Source: Eledone cirrhosa
Lineage: Eukaryota
DNA length: 64,000 bases
Assembly (NCBI GenBank): GCA_964016885.1
Contig: OZ024743.1
Location: 248,186,001-248,250,000, forward strand
Reading direction: 5' to 3'
Position 1 is the stretch's first letter, and each line of letters starts with the position of its first letter. Below, in pieces: positions 14,291 to 28,173 of this stretch. The notes below the pieces were generated by a model. It saw only the letters and a list, made by a program, of their open reading frames with translations. It was not told the DNA's origin and searched no databases. A program made the translations under genes and the position numbers.

Positions 14291-16330
14291 ATACTATGCA
14301 TTCACCACATTTCATGGGGTCAAATATGAAAACTTATATAGAATTTAAAAATGTTATTTCTAAGAAATTAAAAAAATATTTTGAGTTGTTGTAGTTTAGA
14401 TCCAACACAGTGCTGTCAGAAGCATTCCAGCCATGACTATCCCATTTTAGTTTTAGACATGAATCAAAGACTGGTATTCTCCAGACATATAAATCTAGGA
14501 CTAATCTATTAACCAATATTTCTTCTTATTTTAAATTATTTTATGACCATATTCCTAATGAAATACACTGTATTTCATTTAATTAATGAAAAATTCTGAG
14601 GAATCTACTAAAATTATTGTTTCATTGTTAAGATTATATTTGTAACATAACTTAACAAAAGGTTCTTATATAACATTATGATAGAAAATATTAATTTATA
14701 TACAAACCCTTTAAAATAAGTGGTTGGTTTTATAGAACCTGAGATGTCCAACTCATGGTAAAACAATGATGATGATGATGATGATGACAGACTGCTTGGA
14801 GTGGGTTGGTATTTAAAGGGTTAAAAGGATTGGGCCTGATTTGAGGGTGATTTGATTGCTATTTCTAGGTCAAGTGATGACTATTTAGAGCCACCCTCAT
14901 TGGATAGAAATATTTAGAGTAATAACATCCGGCTAAGAGAGTAACTGAGCTGTTCTTCAGGTAATTGAATCACCATTCTTAAGTTTTAACTATCTTTAAG
15001 ATGCTATATTTACCTTATGCAACATTTTAAACTGGAGGTCAACAGAACTGCCTAGGCATTGTTTATCTCTTGTCTCCATATATATATATATATTTTTTCG
15101 TATATGGTTTAGTCAGGGAGAGTGTGTGTTCAATTTAGATTGTTGTATGAGTCATCCTGCAATAAAACATTGCTTCAAAAAGGATTGCATGATGAGTATG
15201 AAGCTTGTTATGGGGTCTGCAGGGCTAACCCTTGTTTTAGCAGGGAAAATGGCCTTATAACTCTGTTTAAACAGGGAGAGAACAGCAGTACTCATGACCC
15301 TTTTTCAGGGCTTCAGAGATTGAGAAGGAGGGAGTAAGGTATCTTCAAACCAGAAACCCAGCCTGAATGCTTGCAATAATGTGGACTCTCCTAAAGACAT
15401 CCAGTTGATGGTGTTAAACAGACAGTGGATTAAGCCTATCACTCAAGTAGGCCACATCAGGATTTGACCTCAATATGCGATACTTTATTTTATTGCCCAT
15501 AAAAGGATTTACTCTAATATTATGAATTTGCACTATGATCTGTCCACTAGTAATGGTACTATAAACATTTGAATTAACAAACCAATTTTTATATATTTTC
15601 TGCTAAATCATTACAGGATGTAAAGAGTTAATTTTTTTTTAGACCAAAGCACCTGAAACTGCCCCTGGTTCTATGATACAAAGTTGTTTAAAGTGTATAT
15701 ATTTGAATATTAGATAATTTGTTAAGTTATGCTCCAAATACCAGCTTAATAATGAGAAAGTTATATATATATTACTAAATTTATTTAAATTCTTGATTAT
15801 TTTCCAAATTATAGATAGTGTATTTTATTAGAAATATAGAGGTGAAAGGGTTAAGAACAAACCTGCCTGAAATCACCTTTATTGTAGTGTTCAAATTCAA
15901 ATATTAGTCATTTTTACACGACAAATAGTATTAGATTTCAATAGTTAAATATTTGTCTTTTATAATTAAGTTGAAAGCTAGTTGTATAGTTTATATGAGA
16001 CATGTGGGTTATGTGGTTATGATTGTTTTGGGAAAGCTGGTTCAATGCAAATTAGAAATACAAGAGTGAAAACTAGAGTAGAAGATAAAGTAGGAAAAGA
16101 TAGAGTGTGGCGTTAACGACTAGTGAAACTCCAATGCAGTATAGCACCACCCATCATCAACAACACATTCCATTTTCTTTTTTTGAAAAAGTGATCCTAA
16201 TCTCAAAATATCATGAAATATAAGGTGAAACTATAACCTGTTGTTTTCTTTTATCATGTTTTTCTTACTTTACTGAAAGTTAGTTATTTCATTAATCCTC
16301 TCATGGTTCTTTATTATTTTGCTAATTAAA

Positions 16331-16506
16331 GGGCGGTGGATTGGCAGTATCGGTAGAGGATCGGACGCCATGCTTTGACGCATAGAGTTACGGCCCTTGC
16401 CATTCTGAGTTCAAATCCCGCCGAGGTTAACTTTGCCTTTCATCCTTACAATAAAGTACCAGTAATACACTGGGTAATTGCTGGCCTTGTGCCAAAAGTA
16501 GAAACA
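16331..16506 (+). mobile_element. tRNA-derived SINE with Nin/Deu-like core (many copies: about 13465-13665 minus, 22218-22405, 26700-26915, 29585-29865 tandem, 31705-31894)
   Basis: A/B-box-like tggcagtatcgg...gagttcaaatccc and core aactttgcctttcatcct..ggggtcgataaaataaagtacc (partly deleted in this copy). 18-bp TSD attattttgctaattaaa at 16313-16330 and 16507-16524. Confidence 0.8.
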
Positions 16507-17512
16507 ATTATTTTGCTAATTAAAATACAAAGACATGACATGGTTTCTACAGTTGGCTGTCCTTCCTAACATTAACAACTTTACAGAGTGTATTGCATGC
16601 TTTTTATCATGGCACTAACACTATCACTTAACAGAGTATAGTGGGTGGATTTTATTATGGCACCAGCACTACCACATTTCAGAGTGTACTGGATGTATTT
16701 TATTGTGGCACTAACACTAGAGAGGTTGCCAGACTGAAGATCCTCTCTACCTGATATTGCTATTTAACTACTAACAAGATAACAGCAAATTGGCAGTTGT
16801 TAGAGTATAAATCCCATTGAGGTCAACTTCACCATTCTTTTAGGGGCGATAAGATAAAGTATCGCATATTGAGTTCAAATCCTGATGTGTCTTACTTGGG
16901 TGATAGGCTTAATCCACTGCCTGTTTAATACCACCAACTGGATGTCTTTAAGTGAGTCCACATTATTGTGAACTAGATTCGCAATTGTGATGTTGCGAGT
17001 TCAATACTCAGACCTGGTGATGCATTGTGTACTTGAGCAAGATACTTTATTTCACGTTGTTCCTCTGCCAGGAGTTGCGACTGGTAGATAGTATTAGCAA
17101 TGGAAAGACCAATTCAAACCTTGTTTCCTTGGTCCCATTTGATGAGGTCCACCCCACCCAGCAAACAAATGAGGTCTGGGATCTTGTTGATCAATCAAAG
17201 CGAGAGTAAATAAGTCAATGCTTAATGTGATGCAGTCATAGTGCTGTTTTATACTTTTCAAGAATGTCTTACTAATGTGATTTCATGTGGTACAGGACGT
17301 TTATAATTAAAGAGTTAATAAACTCTATAATTTTATCTTCTATTTACTTGATGATAGTGATGATGCTTCTATTCTAAGGTCTATGTTTTTTGTTTTGTTT
17401 TTTAAATTCTTTTCTGTCTTTTTGTATTTAGCTACAAACTTAAGCTAAATGCCAGGAAAAGTAGGCGATTCTATAAAAAATTTGCTTTGATGTTTATTCA
17501 TATTTTTGACAG

Positions 17513-17657
17513 AGAGACAGACAGTATCAGCAGTCATGTCAGTGCTATGATATCTTTGTTGGAAGTATGCCTCAAGTACAATCTACAACCAAGTGGAAAA
17601 GATGAAGACCCAGCACATGCTAAAATTGCATCAGATGTTCTCAGCTGTTTATTCATG
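17513..17657 (+). CDS. VEPH1: VEPH1 coding exon 2
   Basis: tttgacag| acceptor, phase 2 completes Arg. (R)[48 protein letters not shown]. Donor ATG|gtaatt. Confidence 0.95.
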
Positions 17658-17790
17658 GTAATTTTTGTATTATCTAAAATAATTAATTGCCACAGTATAT
17701 ATATATACATATATATATATCATCATCATCATCATTTTACGTCCACTTTTCCCTGCTTATATATATATACTGTAGCAATTATATATATAT

Positions 17791-19433
17791 ACAACTACAG
17801 GAGAAGTACCTAGCTAAAAGTAAACCCCTATACTTAGCTTTTGTTGACTTGGAGAAAGCCTTTGACAGAGTCCTCCGCTCCATTATCTGGTGGGCTCTTA
17901 GAAAACTAGGTGTTGATGAATGGCTTGTGAGAGCTATACAAGCCATGTATAAAGAAACAGTCAGCAAGGTTAGAATTAACAACGAATATAGTGAAGAGTT
18001 TAGCGTAAAAGTTGGTGTTCATCAGGGCTCCGTTCTTAGCCCCCTACTATTTATTATTGCTCTTCAGGCTATAACAGAGGAGTTCAAGACCGGCTGCCCA
18101 TGGGAACTCCTATATGCAGATGATCTAATGCTCATAGCTGAATCAATGGCTGAACTAGAGAAGAAACTCCAAACATAGAAGCATGGCCTAGAATCAAAAG
18201 GCCTTAAAGTTAACTAGTCTAAGACTAAAGTTCTAGTTTGTAGGAAGGAAAATAGGGCACCGGTCCCATCTGGGAAATGGCCATGCTCAGTGTGTAGGAA
18301 AGGAGTAGGCAGAAACTCCATTTTATGTCCCAAATGCAAAGTATGGGTGCATAAAAGATGTAGTGGGATCACAGGTAAGCTAACTAAGAATATAGATTTT
18401 ATATGTGGCCGGTGCTCTGGTGCAATAAGTAGCAGCAAGTGCCCACAGAATACTAGCTCATTCCATTGCACAGATGGTTCTATAGAAATAGTGGACACCT
18501 TCCGTTACCTGGGTGACAAAATCAGCAGTGGGGGAGGGTGCTCTGAAAGTACAGTAGCTAGAGTCAGAATGGGATGGAAAAAGTTCAGAGAGCTTATACC
18601 ACTATTGGCCGCTAAAGGGTTCTCTCTAAAAATGAAAGGCAGGCTGTATGATGCCTGCATACGAACAGCAATGTTACATGGCAGTGAGACCTGGGCATTG
18701 TGTGCAGAGGATATACACAGACTGGAGAGGAACGAAGCTTGCATGCTCCGCTGGATGTGTAATAGTAATATACGTGAACGGCAAAGCATAAACGAACTAA
18801 GGGAGAAATTAGGAATAAGAGGGATCAGATGTTGTTTACTCGAGAGAAGACTACGTTGGTACGGTCATGTGATGCGCATGAAAGACGACAGCTGTATAAA
18901 AAAGTGCGGGGCGATAAAAATAGACGGTAGCCATGGAGTAGGCAGACCCAGAAAAACCTGAGACGGCTTGATAAATTCCGACCTCACACACTTACACCTC
19001 TCCAAGACAATGTCACTGGACCGAGATCTTTGGCGCTACACAGTAATACAGAAGACCCGCCTTGCCTAAGTACAAAGCGAAACCTACAGTCAGTAGGCAC
19101 CTCTAACAAAAATACACCCCTGTCCCACTACCCCCACCCATCCACACCACCCCCTTCAATGTGAAGTTATGTTGGTACCACAACATCCAGTCCGAAACAA
19201 ATGAGGTCATGTAGGTGTCACAACAAAAAAACACAGTCCACGCTGTAATGTGGCCGTGTAGGTAACACGGTAAAAACCTCCCAGTCCACACTGTAAATGT
19301 GGTTGGTGTTAGGAAGGGAATCCAGCCGTAGAAAACCCACCAGACAGTCCTATACGAGCAAGACAACCAATCTTGCCTCAAGTGGGAAAACTCCCGTCCA
19401 AACCCATGCAAGCGTGGAAGATGGACGTTAAAC

Positions 19434-19468
<35 letters not shown>
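17791..19468 (+). mobile_element. 5'-truncated RTE-clade LINE with PHD-like zinc finger and (GAT)n tail
   Basis: AFVDLEKAFDRV, GVHQGSVLSPLLF and LLYADDL RT motifs, followed by WPCSVCRKGVGRNSILCPKCKVWVHKRC...CGRC. In-frame stops present. Confidence 0.92.
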
Positions 19469-19470
<2 letters not shown>

Positions 19471-21315
19471 CAAGGAATAGATTAGTTACCTGACTAATAA
19501 TAAAGCCAAAGTGAAACTTCAACTGGTGCATGTGTTTTTATTGGCAACATGGCCCTTCCAAGTTATAACAATATCTGTTTCAACACAAGATTTCACATGA
19601 AGAATCTTCAAAAGAGAACTAATATATGTTGCTTTTCATATAGATGAATTATCTTTCAAAAACAATTGTGTTTAATTAATGTATGTATCCTATTTAGAAT
19701 AAGTTTATTGTATCCCTGTGTGTCATGCAGGGTGACTTAAAGAGTTGATGTTAGAAAGACCATGTAGCTGTAAAACATTGCCTTAAAAAGGATCCCATGA
19801 TAATGAAGCCTTTTATGAGGACTGCAGGGTTAACCCTCTGTTCAACCAGGGAAAATGATCTTAAAACACTTGTTAATATTTTGTTAAAAGTAGGTTTATC
19901 TGTTAAATATAGGCATGTGTTTTGAGATAAGGGTAAAGCTTGGGAATCACCAATATAAGGGATTAGTGAAAGGACAGTTAATAGGGTTAGGATTATTTAT
20001 AGCATTTTTAAAGAGGTGACCAACTAAAAATCAACTGTTTTGATGATAAAAAATTGTTTTAATAGTTAAGTGGACTGATGAATATAGAATAAAGTGTCCT
20101 ATGCAAGAACATAATACCTGTAGTGAATTTGAATTGATAAATTATTAGCTGAGTCTAATTCACTTAACACCTACTGCCATGTGTATTATTTTGTTACTGT
20201 ATTTCTGATGCAATACACTCTATTTCAGTTAAGAAGAATTTTAAAGGATTTACTAAATTTATTAATTATTTTATTACTAAGGTAGTATGCTGAAGCTGGT
20301 ACATTACTGCGCCAGCTCCTGCAATTCTCACCCTTAATTCAACCTCCTACCTTTTATCATTCGTGAACTCGACCTTGAGATACTTGAACTTCTCCAGCTG
20401 CTTCAGTGAAACTTCACTCATATGTAGAGTGAACTGTGCAAGCTTCCTTGAGGGGATGAGTGTTTTGGTCTTTGCAGCTCTGATTTTCATTCCTGCCATA
20501 CAGCACTTGGCATCAAACCTATCAAGTGCACGTCAGAGATCAACTTCTGATGAGTTAAGTAATACCATGTCATCTGCAAATTTGAGCCACCTGATCCTAC
20601 ATCTGCCAGTCTTGATACCATTTCCAGCACTGCTGCACATGTCAATCCTGTCCATGAAGATTATGAATAGGAGAGGTAACAGTATGCTCCCTTGGTGGAG
20701 CCTGGATTTGGTATAACTAAATGGTTAAGAAGTTAGCTTCAAAATCATAAAGTTCCAGGTTTGATCCCACTGTATGGAATTTTAGACAACTGTCATTTAC
20801 TTTAGTCTTGGGTTAATACTAGTCTTGTGAATGAACGGTAGACAGAAACTGTTTGGAAGCCTTTTGGATCAACTGTACCTGTAATTCAAAGAGCCAGTCT
20901 TATCACACTGTGTTTTATTGAAGCTCCCTAAGAATTATGTTAAAGGTACACACGTCTCCCCTTTCATTGATTGAACAACTGGAATACTCAGTGCTGAAAT
21001 TTTATTTACTTTTTCTTTAACATGGTACTATAGTGTTAACGATCTAAATTAGAATTGTACAACTGATAGAAAAACAGAAGATTCTTCAATCAATTTTATT
21101 TAGATACCAGATAATGATATTTTTACCCTGGCTATGTACTGTTAGTGCTTAAATCAGAAAAGTCAGATGGAAACTTTCACCATTCTGTTATCAGACATAT
21201 TACACTACAGTCTATATGTTACTTTATCTTGCTTACACAACTGCCAGAAACTGCCTGACATTCTCTAAGTATTTTTAAACTGACTCATATTTTATTGATT
21301 TATTATTTTTCTCAG

Positions 21316-21490
21316 AATTATACTAAAAAGGGTGTGATGGAAATCGCTTTACCAGTAGTTGTACAATTCTTGGATTGTGAAAATAAAGAATTAGTACGAA
21401 ATGTCTCTAGTTATTTGTCCCTGGCTGCTATTGGCTGTTCTTCCTTGTTGGCCTCCTACATGGATCTCATCATTAGCAGTGTTCTCAAAG
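21316..21490 (+). CDS. VEPH1: VEPH1 coding exon 3
   Basis: ttctcag| NYTKKGVMEIALPVVVQFLDCENKELVRNVSSYLSLAAI...VLK G|gtaagt, phase 1. Confidence 0.95.
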
Positions 21491-21544
21491 GTAAGTTATC
21501 TTGCTTTCAGGGGATATTTTTGTTGCTTATTGAAAATTTTGTTT

Positions 21545-22180
21545 CAATCATTATCATCATCATATGTCCATTGATTCACTCTTGCATAGGTTGGGTGGGT
21601 CCTCAGTACAGTATCTCTCCACTTGTCACATTCCTTTGTCATCTCTGTGAGCTTCAGTGATCTGAGATCAGCTCTCACCACTTCCATTCAAGTCTTCCTT
21701 GGTCTTTTTCTACTGCAGCTTCCTTCCACTGGGATTACTTGGTACTTCTTCACCCTATGATCATCATCTATGTGCATTATATGTCTGTACCTATGCAGTC
21801 TCCCCTCCTGCACACTATTTCTGATTCCACTTATACCCAGTTTCTCCCTCAGTTCATTCATGCTTTGTCGTTCTCACACATTAACATTGCACATCCATCG
21901 GAGCATGCTTGCCTCATTTCCCTTTAGCCTTTGTATGTCCTCTGCATTCACTGCCCATATATCACTACCATGCAAGATGGTACTTTGCACACAGGCATCA
22001 TATAGCCAACCTTTCATTCCTAGGGAGAAACCTTTTGTTGTTAGCAGGGGTAACAGCTCCCTAAACCTATTCTTGTCCTTATTCTAGTTACTATGCTCTC
22101 GGAGCACCCTCCTCCACTGCTAATTATATCGCCTAGGGAGCAGAAGTTATCAAGCAATTCCATGGATCCTTCCTGGGATT
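21545..22180 (-). mobile_element. RTE LINE 3' fragment
   Basis: Reverse complement of the same C-terminal region (GWLYDACVQSTILHGS, EASMLRWMCN). Confidence 0.8.
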
Positions 22181-24610
22181 GGAAAAGGTTTATATTATAT
22201 ATTTTGTTATTATTATAGGGCGGTGAATTGGCAGTATCGGTAGAGGGTTGGACGCCATGCTTTCTAGCATAGTTACGTCCCCTTACGGTCTGACTTCAAG
22301 TCCCGTCGAGGTTAACTTTGCCTTTCATCCTTACGGGGTCGATAAAATAAAGTACCAGTAATGTACTGGGTACTTGCTGGCCTTGTGCCAAAAGTAGAAA
22401 CAATTATTGACACTCTTACTATCAATTCTCCTTGAACATCTACATACAAAATCTTCCTTTCCTCTCAATATCTATTTATTTTTTAATTTGTCAATGGGGG
22501 TTGGGTAGTCACTGTAGGTAGGGTTCTGTTATTAGATGAAAGAGAACTGATTTGGAGTGTAACAACCTAAGCAAACTAGGTGGATGTGAAAGAATGATGA
22601 TTATCACATATTCACGAAAAACTTATATCCCTTGAAGCTACCGTTAGACAATACTTCTTTGATGAAGTGTAATAAACTGAAAACTGAAACATATTCAGAA
22701 TTGTTATTGTACTGCTTAAGATTAGATTCACTCCTCTGTGCATTTCATATTTAATTTAATTATAATTAAGATTTCAGGGTTGTCTCCTCTTCCTATTCTG
22801 TCTGGAATTAGTTATTTAGATTTGATCTTGTTACTAAGGGTGTAAGTTTAATCAAATTGAAATTTCTTGACTTATCACATCAAATATGTTAGCATCGAAA
22901 TTACTATTAAATTTTTACACTGCAGACGTCCCTAGATATTCTCTCACCCCAGTCATTCATATTTCTAAATGACATCACTGGCGATGGTATGTTTTAGCAG
23001 GTCTAGTTGGAGGAGCATTTAAGTCTTGCTTTGATAGCTCATGTATTTAAAAACATTTGTACTGTCCAGTAGTTGTGAAATATTATTTGATTTTTAGATA
23101 CCTTTTGGAGGATGGAAGTGAATATCTAGTGCTCATTACTCATTTAATTCTTACATTATCATATTTCTAATGAAAATAATCAAGAATTTGAAGGGATTTA
23201 GTAATATAACTTCTCTATTTCTCGGATTGGAAAACAGTGGGTTTTTTAAATTAAACATTTCTGGTAAGTTTATCCTGCATTTTGGAGGCCAAAGGTTATT
23301 GTAGTCATTAAATAATAAACTTTTTTTTAAATTTAGCAACTTGAAATAGGTGTGTATACAGGATGTCAGTGCATCTTTGATGCCAGGAAATATAGAAACG
23401 TTCCTGTTATTTAACTCCTTTATTACCATATTTTTAATGAAAGACACTGTCTATGGTTTTCAAATAATTTTGAAAATAATCAAGAATTCAGAGAGATTTA
23501 GTAATATAACTAACATTCTCTTTATGAAGCTGGTGTTGTGGATTGGCAGAATCATTAGAGTATCTGACAAAATGCTTTGTAGCATTTAGTTATGGCACTT
23601 TACATTCTGAGTTCAAATTCTGCTGATGTCAACTTTGCCTTCCATCTTTCTGGGGTCAATAAAATAAAGTACCAGTAAAGTACTGGGATTGATTTAGTCA
23701 ATTTCTCCCTCTTTCCAAATTGCTGGCCTTGTGTAAAAATTAGAAATCATTATTAAGCTGGTGTTAAGAACATAACTTAACAAAGGTTCTTATATAAAAT
23801 TATGATGGAAGGTTTTTAGGTGAATATAAATGCTTTAAAGTAAAGTTTTGTATCATAGGACCAGGGGCGGTTTCAAGAAGTTTGGTATCTGGTATCAAAA
23901 GAGTTAAAAGATGAGAATATGTGCAAATTGTATTATCTCCATACGTGTGAATAAGTGTAGTGACCATTGTTGAAGTGGAGCAAATGTGTTCAAGAGATAG
24001 CATATAGGTACATACAAACTCATATATAATATGTTTATGTATTAGCACACATCTAGTCTTGCTGTGAGTATTTAAGCTGTGAACATGTCTCAGCTATTTC
24101 ATTAACCAGGGTAAGAGTGGAAGATGCATTTCACTCTCTTTATTCTGAATCAGGCTGTGTCAGTACTATTGCTAATTAAGAGATAGTTTTGAAGATAGTC
24201 ATTACTGTTATAGATCGACAAGTGATGATTTATAGATCTGTAATTCTATAATTAAATTGATAGGATTATCACTTTTGACACCAATCCGCTTGAAACTTTT
24301 CCTAGTTTTGTGATACAAAACTGCTCCTTTCAAAGTCACCAGATTTATATTTTATACCTTCCATCATAATTTATATTAGAACTTTTTGTTAAGTAATGCT
24401 CCAAACATCAGCTTAATAACAAAAACATTAGTCATTTAACTAAATTACTCTAAATGTTATTAGAAATATGGTAACAAAAGGATTAAATAGTATATTGAAA
24501 GATGACATTGCTGAAGCCTTTGATGCATATGGTCTGTACAATGATGTCCTATACACCTTGATGACTATCCTTAATCTTAAACAATTTGTCATGTTCTTTC
24601 TCTGATAAAG

Positions 24611-24774
24611 GTAACTCAGCTCTGACTCTGCTCCTTCAGAAAGTCTATCCTGATAACAAACAAGTTATATTGGACCATGTTCCTGAACTGGTACGACTAA
24701 TGGACACATGTGAGCTACAAGAGAGTATAAGTTTGATCCAGATGTTTGCAATGATTGCTAAAGAAAACACAAGG
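24611..24774 (+). CDS. VEPH1: VEPH1 coding exon 4
   Basis: gataaag| phase 1; (G)NSALTLLLQKVYPDNKQVILDHVPELVRLM...MIAKENTR|gtaatt. Confidence 0.88.
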
Positions 24775-25785
24775 GTAATTGTAGTCTTATTGTTATTTTG
24801 GTTATTATTGTTTGTGTTCATTGTGTAAGGTAGTCATGCTTGTATCACAACAAAAAAGCACCAAGCCCTTCCTGTAAGAAGGTTGTACTAGTGCCACAAC
24901 AAAATGTACCCAGTCCATCCTGTAAGGTGGTTGTGCTGGTATCATGACAAAAATTACCCAGTCCCTCCTGTAAAGTGGTCAACCTAGTGCTACCATGAAA
25001 AGCATCCTGTCCTCTCTGTAAAATGTTAGTAGTGGTGCCACAAATAAAGCTCCCACTACTTTCTGTAATGTGGTTGGCATAAGGAAGGGCATCCAGCCAT
25101 AGAAAACCAAAACAGATCTGTATGAGCAAGATGTGGTCACCTGATCAGTCTAGCCACATGGCATGACAACCTATCTAACCCATGCACACATGGAAAATAG
25201 ATGTTAAACAGTAATGATGTTAATGGTTGTGACTATTCACCTTATATTACCTCAAAATGTATTTGTCCAATTCATGAGAGAATATAAACCCATATCATCA
25301 TTATTGTTTTACCTCTACCATTACATATTGGAATGGGTTGGACAAGATTTATGAAACAGTCTTTTACAGCTGGATGTCCTTCCAGTTACCAACCCTTTTA
25401 GTCATCTTTTACGAAATGTAGGGATATGGTATACCTATACTGGGATATACAGAGTTAATGTGTAAACACATGTATAGATACAGGTATTTGACATATAATG
25501 GGTGAAGAAGTGCCAGTGGAAGGAAGCTACAATAGAAGACCAAGGGAGATTGAGTAGAGGTGATGAAAGCTGATCTCAAATCACTGAACTTCACAGAAGA
25601 GATGACAAAGAAACACAATGAGTAGAGGGAGGTTGTGCTGGAAAAGACCTGTCCAAACACTACAAACATGGAAAAATGAACATAAAATGATGATGAGGAA
25701 TGTTGGGTGATGATAATGTTGGTTATAGTAAATGTGTGCTGATTTTACTACTGAGCATCATATTTTGTATTCTTTTTTTTTTTAG

Positions 25786-25995
25786 GTGTTGCAGCCACAT
25801 GTTCCTGTGTTTTGTGATTATTTAAAGCAACCAGAAATGGCTCCAACAGTCTTGAATATCCTAGTGGACATAGCTAGTGTGAATCCTCGCTCCCTGCTGG
25901 CTTATGTTTCTGCCTTGCAAACATTAGTCAGTAATTCTCCTGTTTACACAGAGCCTGTGATTTCTATCATTGCAGACATTGCTACACTCAGTGAG
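25786..25995 (+). CDS. VEPH1: VEPH1 coding exon 5
   Basis: Long polyT then tag| VLQPHVPVFCDYLKQPEMAPTVLNILVDIAS...IATLSE|gtaagt. Confidence 0.9.
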
Positions 25996-26055
25996 GTAAG
26001 TAATTTACTTTCACATTAGCCTTTAAGAATTATTACAGAAATTAATTTAAAATGT

Positions 26056-26532
26056 TTAACCCTGTTGTTATCATATTTATAATGAATGCCTCTGCCTATA
26101 ATTTTCAAATAATTTTGAAAATATGAAAAACATTTTAAGGATTTAATAATATAACTAACTTTCTCATTATTTAGTTCATGTTTGGAGCATAACTTAACAA
26201 AGATTCTTACAAAAGAATTATGATGGAAAATTTTTAGATAAATATAAACACTTAATTCTTTTTGATGCCAATCTACCCTAAACAGCCCTAATTCTATGAT
26301 GGCAAACCTCTTGTTTTAAAATATTTTTATCAAGCTATGTACTAAATGCTAGCTTAATAACCCACTTAATTATTTTACTAAATCCCTTCAAATTGTTGAT
26401 TATTTACAAAATTAATTGAAAAACTTAGGTGGTGTATTTCATTAGAATTATGGTATCAAAAGGGTTAAAACAAACAGTTTTGCATCATAGAACCAGAGGT
26501 AGTTTCAGGCAGTATGGTATTAAAAGGGTTAA
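26056..26532. mobile_element. Family A MITE with a second, oppositely oriented copy nested inside (about 26252-26468)
   Basis: Outer ttaaccct...aaagggttaa; inner ttaattctttttgatgcc...ggtatcaaaagggttaa. Confidence 0.7.
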
Positions 26533-27841
26533 AATGTTAAAATACTTAGAAGCAAAAGAAAAAGAAAAAAAAGAGCCTTTTGGTTGTATAGAGTGAATTG
26601 AAAATAACTTGATAGTGATTGAAAACACTTTCCTGGAAGTTGGTTCTAGAAATTGAAGAATGGAGTAGAATGTTTAGCCATTATTATAGTCATTGTCAGG
26701 TTGGTGGATTGGCAGTATCAGTAGAGCATTAGACAAAATGCTTTGTGGTATTTAGTAATGACTTTCTACATTCTGAGTTCAAATCCTGCCAAGGTCATCT
26801 TTGTCTTTCACACTCTAGGGGTTGATAAAATAAAGTAGCAGTAAAGTACTGAGGCTGATATAATCAACTTTCCCTTCCCAACAAATTGTTGGCCTTGTGT
26901 CTAAATTAGAAATCATTATAATGGCTAGAATTGATTCTGGTTAAGATGATTTCTCAATATTTAGCATTCAGTGTAATGCTTACCATTGGGGTTTTAAAGA
27001 GAATTCTGTGATTTGTCTCCTCATTTGGAACTGGGATCATCACAGCAACACTTAGATATATTTTTTAAATTTAGTTAAATTCTTTCTTGTGCCTAGAGGT
27101 TCATCAGGCCAGAGCTTGTCTTGGGTTCATATGGTATTATGCATCTGAAAGTATAAAACTTCCCCCTTGATGAGACACCAGTCTGTTATAAGCTTAACCT
27201 CACCTTCAGTTGTGGCTAGTTCTAATTTTTTCAGTTGCATTGACTGAAGAAGTGTAAAATTAAGCATCATGCTCAAGGACTCACTGTCTGAAGACCTTAT
27301 GATTGTGAGACCAATTCTATAACCACAAAGTTGTGTGCAATTTCATATTTGCTACAATTGAAAAAAACTATTAGCTCTTGGTATGACAGTCGAGTCATTA
27401 CTATTATTAAAAAAATTGCTTGAACAATTCATTACAGAATGATCTGAGCCTTTGTACAATATAAGATTAACCTTTTTGTGACCATATTTCTAATGAAAGT
27501 CACTGTCTATAATTTTCAAATAATTTGTAATATAATCGAGAATTTGAAGGGATTTAGTAATTCAACAATCTTTTCATTATTAAGCTGGTGCTAGCCATTA
27601 CATACATACACACTCATACACCGACAGAGATAAATATAAACACTTTAAATCAAACTGCTTTGTATCATAAAACCAGGAGCAGTTTAAGCAGTTTGGTATG
27701 AAAAGGGTTAATATAAAAGCAATAAAAACGCATAAGAGATTTAATTTTTTATAAAGAGCCACATAATAATAGATTAATTTAGGTTCTTTGGTAAGGTATT
27801 ATAAGTTTTCTCTCATTTTGTTCTATTTTGATTTTTGGTAG

Positions 27842-28173
27842 AATGATGCTAAACGTAGTCTACAATATTGCATGGCACAGCTGCCAAATGCTGACAAAAC
27901 CACCCTTCCTATAATTTTAAATGGCTTGAAGATGATAGCAGCAACCTCTTCTCATCTTTTGAGCCAACACATGCCAGAAATCAACAAATACTGTCAAAAC
28001 AAACCCTATGTTGCTGACCTTTTGCATCAGTTGCGGGAAGACTTAAAGAAGCGAAGTGCAACATGTCCAGAGACAGAAGAGATGCGTAAGAAGTATGTTT
28101 CGTTTGAGGGTGAGGAGCTGCGGAAAAAATTTGTCACGTTTTCTGAAGAAGACATTCATCTTAGTGGAAGCAC
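27842..28173 (+). CDS. VEPH1: VEPH1 coding exon 6
   Basis: tttggtag| NDAKRSLQYCMAQLPNADKTTLPIILNGLK...HLSGS AC|gtgagt, phase 2. Confidence 0.88.

Noticed and set aside
16331-16430. tRNA gene
   Set aside because: A/B boxes belong to multi-copy SINE heads with TSDs; no complete cloverleaf.
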